In this document: positions 50,202-59,199 of the stretch, piece after piece
Position numbering within the stretch: position 1 is the stretch's first letter
How the letters are laid out: every line of letters begins with the position of its first letter
DNA from: Dendrobates tinctorius
Lineage: Eukaryota
Length of the DNA stretch: 64,000 nt
NCBI RefSeq assembly: GCF_039654945.1
Contig: NW_027361679.1
Coordinates: 90,334,001-90,398,000, forward strand
Reading direction: 5' to 3'
Notes under the pieces: model-generated
The model's input: the letters and a program-made list of their open reading frames with translations, nothing else
Told to the model about the DNA's origin: nothing
Databases searched by the model: none
Program-made: the position numbers and the translations under genes

Positions 50202-50557
50202 TACAGTTAGGTCCATATATATTTGGACAGATACATTTTTCTAATTTTGGTTCTAGACATTGCCACAATGAATTTCAAACAAAACAGTTCAGATGCAGTT
50301 GAAGTTCAGACTTTCAGCTTTCATGTGAGGGTATCCACATTAAAACTGGATGAAGGGTTTAGGAGTTTCAGCTCCTTAACATGTGCCAACCTGTTTTTAA
50401 AGGGACCAAAAGTAATTGGACAATTGACTCCAAGGCTATTTCATGGACAGGTGTGGGCAATCCCTTCTTTATGTCATTCTCAATTAAGCAGATAAAAGGC
50501 CTGGAGTTGATTTGAGGTGTGGTGCTTGCATTTGGAAGGTTTTGCTGTGAAGGAAAC

Positions 50558-52416
50558 ATGCGATCGAAGGAGCTCTCCATGCAGGTGAAACAAGCCATCC
50601 TTAAGCTGCAAAAACCCATCTGTTGTGAGCTCATTTTCGGGTTTGCCTCTGGCTTCTGGTGAGGGTTATGGAGCTGGCTGTGCTGACAGAGGAGTAGTGA
50701 GTTCTCTATCTGGACTCCCTCTGTTGGTGAAGGGAGGTAATGAAGCTGATCTAAATGGCAGAGACCGGCCACCTGAGGAAGAGGACTGCGATTGAATATC
50801 AGGAGTTTCTGATTGGATTTAAGGCAGCCGACTCCCTAGTTTTTTGCTGGTGATTTTTCCTGACTGTGGCTCCTGGTTTCCAGTTTGGTTTCTGCCTTCC
50901 TAAAGCTAAGTTTTCTCTGCTATTGTTCATATGAGTTTTTGTCTGGTTTACTTAGTTTTTGTGTTCAGCCAGCCCTGGCTGGGACTGGGCTGAATCCCCA
51001 TTTTTGTCTCTGATCAGTGGATCTCTTTTGCTCTGTCTTCAGAATATACCTGAGTGCTGATATAGTGATTTCTATCAGATGTGTTGGACATTCTTTTTGG
51101 CAGGGTTTTTTGCGTGATTGCAGACAGCAGCTTTTCTTTCCTGTCCTTTCTAGTTAGCGAGGGCCCCATCGTTTGCTCAGCCTTTCTACTTGTGTCCGTG
51201 TTTTCATCGACAATACATGTTGGGGGCTGTCTATTGCTTTGGGGTCTGCTCTGGGGCAGTTTAGATTTTCCCTTTCTTTAGGCTTATTTAGTTCTCTGGC
51301 TGTGACGAGGCGTCTAGAACCACCGTAGGCACGCTCCACGGCTACTGCTAGTTGTTGTGGATAGGATCAGGGGTCTGCAATCCGCTAGTTACCAACCTCT
51401 CCGGTTTTCTGGGCTTAGCTTGCTTTTTGGTTTTTCCTCCTCGGTGACTCATTCATAACACCCATCCGAGGAACTGCTACATTAGGAGTGGCAAAATCTA
51501 CAGTTTGGTACATCCTGAGAAAGAAAGCACTGGTGAACTCATCAATGCAAAAAGACCTGGGCACTTATGGAAGACAACAGTGGTGGATGATCGCAGAATA
51601 GTCTCCATGGTGAAGAGAAACCCCTTCACAACAGTCAACCAAGTGAACAACACTGTCCAGGAGGTAGGCGTATCAATATCCAAATCTACCATAAAGAGAA
51701 GACTGCATGAAAGTAAATACAGAGGGTTCACTGCATGGTGCAAGCCACTCATAAGCATCAAGAATCAAAAGGCTAGACTGGACTTTGCTAAAAAAACATC
51801 TAAAAAAGCCAGCACAGTTCTGGAAGAACATTCTTTGGACAGATGAAACCAAGATCAACCTCTACCAGAATGATGGAAAGAGAAAAGTATGGCGAAGGCG
51901 TGGTACAGCTCATGATCCAAAGCATACCACGTTATCTGTAAAACACGGCGGAGGCAATGTGATGGCTTAGGCATGCATGGCTGCCAGTGGCACTGGGTCA
52001 CTAGTGTTTATCGATGATGTAACACAGGACAGAAGCAGCCGAATGAATTCTGAGGTATTCAGAGCCATATTGTGTGCTCAGATCCAGCCAAACTGATTGT
52101 CCATCTGTAGTATGAAACGACGACCAATGACCCAAAACATAAAGCCAAAGCAACCCAGGAGTTTATTAAAGCAAAGAAGTTGAATATTCTTGAATGGCCA
52201 AGTCAGTCACCTGATCTCAACCCAATTGAGCATGCATTTCACTTGTTAAAGACTAAACTTCAGACAGAAAGGCCCACAAACAAACAGCAACTGAAAACCA
52301 CTGCAGTGAAGGCCTGGCAGAGCATCAAAAAGGAGGAAACACAGCATCTAGTGATGTCCATGAGTTCAAGACTTCAGGCAGTCATTGCCAACAAAGGGTT
52401 TTCAACCAAGTTCTAG
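50558..52416 (+). pseudogene. Tc1 transposase, disrupted by an LTR and frameshifts
   Basis: MRSKELSMQVKQAILKL start; ILWTDETK, VKHGGG and WPSQSPDLNPIEH motifs. Confidence 0.9.
50621..51460. mobile_element. Solo LTR (840 bp)
   Basis: TGTTGTGA ... TCATAACA termini; 6-bp duplication CCCATC at 50615-50620 and 51461-51466. Confidence 0.85.
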
Positions 52417-53142
52417 AAATGAACATTTTATTTACAATTAATCTGTCCCATTACTTTTGGTCCCTTTAAAAACAGGGTGGCACATGTTAAGGAGCTGAAA
52501 CTCCTAAACCCTTCATCCAATTTTAATGTGGAAACCCTCAAATGAAAGCTGAAAGTCTGAACTTCAACTGCATGTAAGTTGATTTTGTTTAAAATTTATT
52601 GTGGTAATGTCTAGAACCAAAATTAGAAAAATGTCTCTGTCCAAATATATATGGACCTAACTGTATGTTATCATGGCCACAAGGCTTGATAATATGCTTA
52701 GTGGGCCGACAAGTCTGGAGACACCAACGCTGGGGGACCTGACAGGTTCCCTTTAAGCATCTTCCAGAAAAACTTAAATACAAATACCCCAAACACTGGA
52801 AATAATGAAGGGCTCAACTCACTGAACAATACAAAATAAATAGAATCTCATGCAAGTACTATTAAGCACAACAAGAGATCAAAAAATAGGTATTAGACCT
52901 ACCGGTAATGATGTTTCCAGGAGTCCATCCTGACAGCACTATGGAGGACGTCCTCCTCCTCCTTACAGGGACAGGAAAGCACACGAGAGGTTAAAAGGCC
53001 ATGTCCCACCCCCTTTCCCTCAGTGATTTGACAAGTACCACAAGGTGGATGATGCTAGTAACGGTTTAATGAAACAATCATATTACAGCATATGACATAA
53101 CATAATACAACATAGTATAACATAAGAGGGAGGGAACTACCC

Positions 53143-53229
53143 GTGCTGTCAGGATGGACTCCTGGAAACATCATTACCGGTAGGTCTAATACCTATTTTC
53201 CAGGACGTCCACCTGACAGCACTATGGAG
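53143..53229. other. DIRS internal complementary region (ICR)
   Basis: First half is the reverse complement of about 52883-52939, second half of 58158-58190; they meet at CCTATTTTCCAGG (circle junction). Confidence 0.93.
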
Positions 53230-53246
53230 AGTACCAAAGCACCTCC

Positions 53247-56078
53247 TCAGGGTGGGATTACTGCTTGGAGAACTTTTCTCCCGAATGCGGTTTGTTGGCC
53301 AGCTAACACATCTAGTTTGTAGTGTTTGCAGAATGTATTAAGACTAGCCCAGGTTGCCGCTCGACAAATTTGATCAACTGACGCCCCCGCCCGCTCGGCC
53401 CATGAGGCCGATACCGCCCTTGTAGAGTGGGCTTTTAAGGAATCAGGCGGGCTGGCGCCTTCAGCCTGGTAGGCGTCCGAGATTACTGAGGTAATCCAAC
53501 GCGCTATGGACGCCTTAGAGGCCCTCTTCCCTTTATTCCTACCCCCAAAGAGAACGAACAGGTTCGGGTCGATACGCCAACTATTGGTGGCCTCTAGGTA
53601 CTCTATAACTGCGCGCCTCACGTCTAGCGAGTGGAGCCGCCGCTCCTTCTCATTTCGGGGATTATCACAGAAAGAGGGTAACACTACCTCCTGATTCAGA
53701 TTTCTTGTAGAGGCTACCTTCGGGGTAAATGCCGGGTCTAACCTTAGGATTATACTATCCTCTCTTATCTGGAGGTATGGATCCTTAGTGGATAGGGCCT
53801 GGATCTCCCCTATTCTTTTGGCCGTGGTAATGGCTACTAGAAAGGCCGTTTTACGAGTGAGAGCAGGGATGGTTATCTTCTCACTAAGGGCGAAAGTGTC
53901 CGATCAGAGGAACCGAAGTACCAGGCCCAGGTCCCATGGCGGGGTGAGCTGCCTAATCGTGGGACGCAGGCGCTGTGTGGCTTTTATAAACCTTATCACC
54001 CAGGGATGTGCAGCTAACTGATAATCAAAGAAGGCGCTCAAAGCTGAAACCTGGACTTTTAGAGTGCTGGGCTTGAGGCCTTTATTAAAACCTGCCTGCA
54101 GGAACCCTAGTATGTTAGGGAGATCCGGGGTACCTGCCACGAGCTCGGACCTGCCACCCTCCAGACAAAATCTCCTCCATATCTTCCGATAAATTGCCGA
54201 CGTCACCGGCTTCCTGCTGGCCTGTAGGGTGGATATGACCTGCTCCGACAATCCTTTTGCCTTCAGGATGTCCCTCTCAGTATCCAGGCCGATAGATGCA
54301 GTCTTGCTGGGTCCGGGTGGTGGATCGGGCCCTGGTGGATGATGTTCTCCCACAAGGGCAGCTCGACTGGATCTTCTACTGCCATGGCTCCCAGAAGGGA
54401 AAACCAGCTTCTCCTCGGCCAGTATGGCACTATCAATATCACTCTTGCGTGGTCCTCGCGTATCTTTCTGAGCACTGCCGGTATGAGGGCCGGTGGTGGG
54501 AACGCATAAGAGAGGGATTCTCCCCAAGTCTGACTCAGGGCGTCTACGCCCTCTGGATGGTCCATTGGATTTAGGGAGTAGAATCTGGGAACCTTCGAGT
54601 TCTTGCGGCTTGCGAAGAGATCTATACTGGGGTTCCCCCAGCGCTGACAAAGCTGGTTGAAGACCTCTATGTTCAATTCCCACTCTGTCGGGTGGATCTG
54701 TTGTCTGCTCAGGTAGTCCGCCACTTCGTTTTGGGAACCCTCTAGATGTACCGCGGTCACGGATCGAACTGTCCGTTCTGCCCACGTGAATATCTTTTCC
54801 GCCAGTGCCTGTAGTGGTTGATGTCTGGTTCCTCCTTGGTGTTTCAGGAATGCCACTGTCGTTGTATTGTCGGATAGAATGCGAACATGACGACTCTTTA
54901 GTACCGACCGGTTTCTCCGCAACGCTTCCCAGACCGCGAAGAGTTCCTTGAAATTGGAGGATCTGGCCTTGATGCTTGCTGGCCACTTCCCCTGGAAGAT
55001 CTTCCCTTCTATGTGGGCTCCCCATCCCCACGCACTTGCGTCTGTGGTGACTACCACGTATGGAGAGGTTGTCCAATGCACGCCCACCTGAAGGTTCCTG
55101 GCCTGTAACCACCAGCGAAGGGACTCCTTTGCTCGTCCTGAGAGTCTTAGGGGTTTGTCTAGCGACGCCTGACTCCTGTCCCACCTCGCGAGAATTTCTC
55201 TTTGTAACAACCGCGAGTGGAATTGGGCCCAACGGACACACTGGATGCATGCCGTCATGAGGCCCAGGACCTCCATTGCTTCCCTTATGGAGCATTGACG
55301 CTTCAACAGACCTCTGGTTCTGGCCTGAATGGACTTCTGCTTCTGCTCGGGTAGCCAGGATATTCTGTCGGCTGAGTCTAGGAGGACTCCCAGGAATACC
55401 TTTCTGGTGTTTGGTGTGAGGTCCGACTTCTCCCAGTTGATCACCCAGCCCAGGAACTCCATCACAGTAGTTGTTCGGATCCTGTCTCGGATGAGCGCTT
55501 CTTTGGATCTTGCCACCAGTAAGAAGTCGTCCAGGTACGGCACAATCACAATACCCTGATCTCTCAGGTAGGCCACCACCTCTACCACCAGTTTCGTAAA
55601 GATTCTGGGAGCTGAGGCCAGCCCGAATGGAAGACCTTGGAACTGGAAATGGCAGGTCCGGGCTGGTGAACTGATCGCCAACCTTAGTAGGCTTTGGGAT
55701 GAGGGATGAATAGGAACCTGATAATATGCCTTTTTTAGGTCTAGGGTGCACATAACTGCGTCCCTGTCTATCAGAGGAATCGCGGATCGGATAGATTCCA
55801 TCCGGAACCTCCTGTATCTGACCCAAGCATTTAGTGGCTTCAGGTTTATGATGGTGCGGGTCTCGCCGGATTTCTTTGTAATTGCAAACAGGGAAGAGTA
55901 GTGACCTTTCCCTCTTTCTGATGCTGGAACTGGTATTATGACCCCCGAGTCTAACATGTCCTGAAGATCCGACCACATTGCGGAGTCCTCCAGGACGACA
56001 GTGGGGGCAATATATCTGTCGGGGGGAGGAGAATAGAGCTCTATCCTGTAACCTTCTCTGATGGTTCTGAGGACCCAC
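53247..56078 (-). pseudogene. DIRS ORF3 tyrosine recombinase with one in-frame TGA at 53904-53906
   Basis: Same frame across the stop (VLRFL*SDTF...AITTAKRIGE...AHSTR...KHY); catalytic R, HxxR and Y present. Confidence 0.9.
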
Positions 56079-56377
56079 TGACTGTTGGTGACTCGCGACC
56101 AGTTTGCTGCAAAGTGGCGAAGTCTCCCCCCAATGCCTATGGCGTCATTGTCTCCTCGACCTAGATGTCGATGCAAATGGGGGACCTCTGTTCTTCCCAC
56201 TTTGGCTGAAGGAGCCTCTGTAGGAGCCTCTATTAGAACTCGCCCGGCCCCTAAACTCTGACTGTCCTCTGAAGAAGGAGCCTCTCCGAAAGGACTGGGA
56301 CCGCCTGGGTTTTTCTTCCGGGAATCCCTTATTTTTATCAGACACCAGCTCAAGGATATTATCCAGGGCTGGACCAA
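54263..56377 (-). CDS. DIRS reverse transcriptase, RNase H and methyltransferase-like ORF
   Basis: LPFGLASAP, YLDD, TTDAS, SDNTT, ADYLSR, IDLFAS and YAFPP motifs; open for 704 codons; true start uncertain. Confidence 0.93.
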   Translation of the reverse strand: MVQPWIISLSWCLIKIRDSRKKNPGGPSPFGEAPSSEDSQSLGAGRVLIEAPTEAPSAKVGRTEVPHLHRHLGRGDNDAIGIGGRLRHFAANWSRVTNSQWVLRTIREGYRIELYSPPPDRYIAPTVVLEDSAMWSDLQDMLDSGVIIPVPASERGKGHYSSLFAITKKSGETRTIINLKPLNAWVRYRRFRMESIRSAIPLIDRDAVMCTLDLKKAYYQVPIHPSSQSLLRLAISSPARTCHFQFQGLPFGLASAPRIFTKLVVEVVAYLRDQGIVIVPYLDDFLLVARSKEALIRDRIRTTTVMEFLGWVINWEKSDLTPNTRKVFLGVLLDSADRISWLPEQKQKSIQARTRGLLKRQCSIREAMEVLGLMTACIQCVRWAQFHSRLLQREILARWDRSQASLDKPLRLSGRAKESLRWWLQARNLQVGVHWTTSPYVVVTTDASAWGWGAHIEGKIFQGKWPASIKARSSNFKELFAVWEALRRNRSVLKSRHVRILSDNTTTVAFLKHQGGTRHQPLQALAEKIFTWAERTVRSVTAVHLEGSQNEVADYLSRQQIHPTEWELNIEVFNQLCQRWGNPSIDLFASRKNSKVPRFYSLNPMDHPEGVDALSQTWGESLSYAFPPPALIPAVLRKIREDHARVILIVPYWPRRSWFSLLGAMAVEDPVELPLWENIIHQGPIHHPDPARLHLSAWILRGTS

Positions 56378-57455
56378 ACACCCTCAGACCCGAGAAAGGG
56401 ATGGCACATAACTTGGCCTTAGAAGGGTTATCCCCCGACCAGGATCTAAGCCAGACTGCTCTCCGGGCCGCATTAGAGAGGGAGCTGTTTCTGGCCGCAA
56501 ACCTAACAGATTCCGCCGACGTATCCGACAGGAACGCCGTGGCTGATTTCAAAAGAGGAAGAGATGCTAGTATCTCTGACCTCGGGGTCTTGTTGGTTAG
56601 GTTTTCCTCCAACTGCCCCAACCACAGGAACATAGACCTGGCCACCGAGGTGGCTGCTATGTTGGCTCTAATCAGGGCCGCCGACGTCTCCCATGTTCTT
56701 TTTAACAAGACGTCCGCCTTTCTATCCATTGGGTCTCGAAGACCGGATGAGTCCTCGGCTGGGATAGCCGATTTCTTCGTAACCTTGGCCACCGGGACGT
56801 CGATCTTAGGGACTTCTTCCCACGCCCGAGTTTCCTCGGGATCGAAGGGCAGTCTATTTTTAAAGATTCGGGAGAGTGTCAACCGACGCTCTGCTTCCTT
56901 CCACTCCTCCTGGATCATTGCTTTGATGTGCTCGCTCACAGGGAACACCACCTGTTTGCGGGACACCAGTCCTCCAAACATTAAGTCCTGTCTGGACTGT
57001 GGCTTAGGGACTTCTTCCATCTGCATGGTATTTCTGACCGCGTGTACCAGCTCGTCCGTATCCTCCAGTCTGAACAGATACTTTCTGTTCTGTTCCTGAC
57101 TGTCCCCCAGGATCTCGCCTTCTTCCTCCTGATCTGAGTTCCGGAAATCGGATTCCTCGCTAGGGCTCGCCTCTGATACTGGGACTGGTTCCCACCTTGG
57201 ACGCTTGCGACCTGGCCCAGGGCTGGGGGATCGACGCCGGGACGTAGAGGCCTGAATCTCTTCCCTTATCAGCGACCTCATTTCGGAAAGCAGAGATGGC
57301 TGTTCCTCGCCTATGACCCTGGAGGTACAGGGACCACATAGGGTCTTGCTATAGGTGTCTGGCAGCTTTACTCTGCACACCGGACATCTGACTGATTTGG
57401 CGGTGGCTTTCGCCGGGTCCTTCCCCGAGGGGGACTCAGCCGGGGTTCCCTTTTC
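56145..57455 (-). CDS. DIRS gag-like ORF1, main exon
   Basis: CxxC...CxxC N-terminus; RDPMDRK and ARRAVWLRSW motifs; open to TGA at 56145. Confidence 0.85.
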   Translation of the reverse strand, partial: EKGTPAESPSGKDPAKATAKSVRCPVCRVKLPDTYSKTLCGPCTSRVIGEEQPSLLSEMRSLIREEIQASTSRRRSPSPGPGRKRPRWEPVPVSEASPSEESDFRNSDQEEEGEILGDSQEQNRKYLFRLEDTDELVHAVRNTMQMEEVPKPQSRQDLMFGGLVSRKQVVFPVSEHIKAMIQEEWKEAERRLTLSRIFKNRLPFDPEETRAWEEVPKIDVPVAKVTKKSAIPAEDSSGLRDPMDRKADVLLKRTWETSAALIRANIAATSVARSMFLWLGQLEENLTNKTPRSEILASLPLLKSATAFLSDTSAESVRFAARNSSLSNAARRAVWLRSWSGDNPSKAKLCAIPFSGLRVFGPALDNILELVSDKNKGFPEEKPRRSQSFRRGSFFRGQSEFRGRASSNRGSYRGSFSQSGKNRGPPFASTSRSRRQ

Positions 57456-57534
57456 CTGATAATATAAGGGGCACCTCATCAGATCTGGGCTGTGGGGACG
57501 GGTGGGGAGGGTGGTCTGCGCTATGCGCACTTAC

Positions 57535-57564
57535 CCCTCCACCAGATGCAGTGTTGCCTTCCAT
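57535..57564 (-). CDS. Predicted first coding exon of DIRS gag (MEGNTASGGG)
   Basis: GGGGATGG start context; GGG|GTAAGT donor; joins in frame to the CAG|GAA acceptor at 57455. Confidence 0.65.
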
Positions 57565-58400
57565 CCCCTGGCGTCCGATGCAGTCACACAGTCTGGAACC
57601 ACCTGTGACGCTGGAGAACGCTCTGGTCCAGGAGCGCGCGCGCCCTGGATTTGAAACCGGCGTCTGACGTCACCGGATGTGACGCTGGTAAGCCGCGCCT
57701 CCACTTCCTGCCGGGCATCTGCGCGCGACCGCGCTCGGCGCGAGCAGGGAGCCTTTCCTGCTATGACGCTCCGGCCTCCACTGCCCAGCGTCAGCGCGTC
57801 CTGCGGGTACTCGGCCCGCCGCCCCACTTCTATCGGTGCCCGCATGGCCAGCCGCCTGCGGGGAGCCGACCCGTCCTGGAGCCGAGAGCCCCCCCACCGG
57901 GAGGAACGGCTCCCTCCAGGAGCGCCGTCCTGCTCCTGGCCTTTGGAGCCGAGGGACTCCCCACCGGGAAGTTTCGGCCCCGGGACCTCTTGACAGGGGA
58001 AGGATTGGACCGGCCGCACGATCCCCTGGGTCCCTCCGGTAAGCTCTCGCGTGTCCCTCCGTGCAGGGACAGGAAAAACACTGAGGGAAAGGGGGTGGGA
58101 CATGGCCTTTTAACCTCTCGTGTGCTTTCCTGTCCCTGTAAGGAGGAGGAGGACGTCCTCCATAGTGCTGTCAGGTGGACGTCCTGGAAATAGAGTTTTT
58201 CAAAGCTCAAATATAATTGTGTTTATGTCTGCTGCAACCTATACTAGCACTCATGCTCTGTTTATCATTATTTCAATAAATTATATTTGAGCTTTGAAAA
58301 ACTCTATTTTTGATCTCTTGTTATGCTTAATAGTTCTTGCATGAGATTCTATTGATTTTCCAGAAAAACTTGCCTGCTATGCTGCCTGAAACACATATTA

Positions 58401-58898
58401 GGCTGGTTTCACATTAGCGCTTTTTAAGCGCACGCACGGCCGGGGGTGGCTCCGCCCCCGAGCCGGCTCTCTGCCAGGCGTGCCCGCCCCTTGCTTGTAG
58501 CGCCGCCTCCTAGCGCACAGCGGCGCCTGCGATCGGCGCACCCTATCTTTAGCATAGGGTGCGCAGATCGTGCGCAGGCCGTGCGCTAGTTGCGCTTTGA
58601 CCTGCGCTGCGCACTTTTGACGGTGCGCCGTGCGCGCCAAAATCCGAAAAGTTCGATTTTGGCGCGCACGGCGCACCGTCAAAAGTGCGCAGCGCAGGTC
58701 AAAGCGCAACTAGCGCACGGCCTGCGCACGATCTGCGCACCCTATGCTAAAGATAGGGTGCGCCGATCGCAGGCGCCGCTGTGCGCTAGGAGGCGGCGCT
58801 ACAAGCAAGGGGCGGGCACGCCTGGCAGAGAGCCGGCTCGGGGGCGGAGCCACCCCCGGCCGTGCGTGCGCTTAAAAAGCGCTAATGTGAAACCAGCC
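58401..58898. mobile_element. Fold-back Harbinger-type MITE (palindrome)
   Basis: 244-bp arms with no mismatch seen, 10-nt spacer, TTA duplication, GGCTGGTTTCACA termini. Confidence 0.92.
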
Positions 58899-59199
58899 TT
58901 ACCTGCACACACCCTGAGGAGGCGCAATCCCAGAAACAGTCTTATAACTGCTTCAAAAAGTGCAGCAGGCCCATCCTTTAACTACAACGACAATGTCGCA
59001 AGTGTGCGAACGTCTGCCACAGGTATAGAGGATACTCGTGAAAAAAAACTTAAGTAGCAAGCTACATATTACTGGCAGTCATTGTAGCAAACTACATATT
59101 ACTGGCAGTCATTGCAGCAAACTACATGTGAACGCTGCCCAATATCAGAGGAGTACCGGCCAGTACAGGCAGAGCCCGGCTTTCAGGGCCCTCACAACA

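Larger units (their letters stand above)
50204..52663 (+). mobile_element. Tc1 element with about 220-bp TIRs
   Basis: TA|CAGTTAGGTCCATATATATTTGGACAG ... CTGTCCAAATATATATGGACCTAACTG|TA. Confidence 0.93.
52883..58190 (-). mobile_element. DIRS1-type tyrosine-recombinase retrotransposon, full length and young
   Basis: Inverted terminal repeats with identical 97-bp cores (52929-53025, 58079-58175); internal complementary region; gag, RT-RNaseH-MT and YR ORFs; TTT at both ends. Confidence 0.96.

Noticed and set aside
56401-57099. 232-aa antisense ORF within DIRS gag
   Set aside because: No recognisable motif; expected shadow ORF in GC-rich coding sequence.
57531-58103. 190-aa ORF upstream of DIRS gag
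   Set aside because: Starts inside the terminal repeat, low-complexity GC-rich leader, no domain; its frame does not splice in phase to gag at the identified sites.
58398-59057. Two overlapping ORFs with nearly the same peptide on opposite strands
   Set aside because: Consequence of the palindrome.
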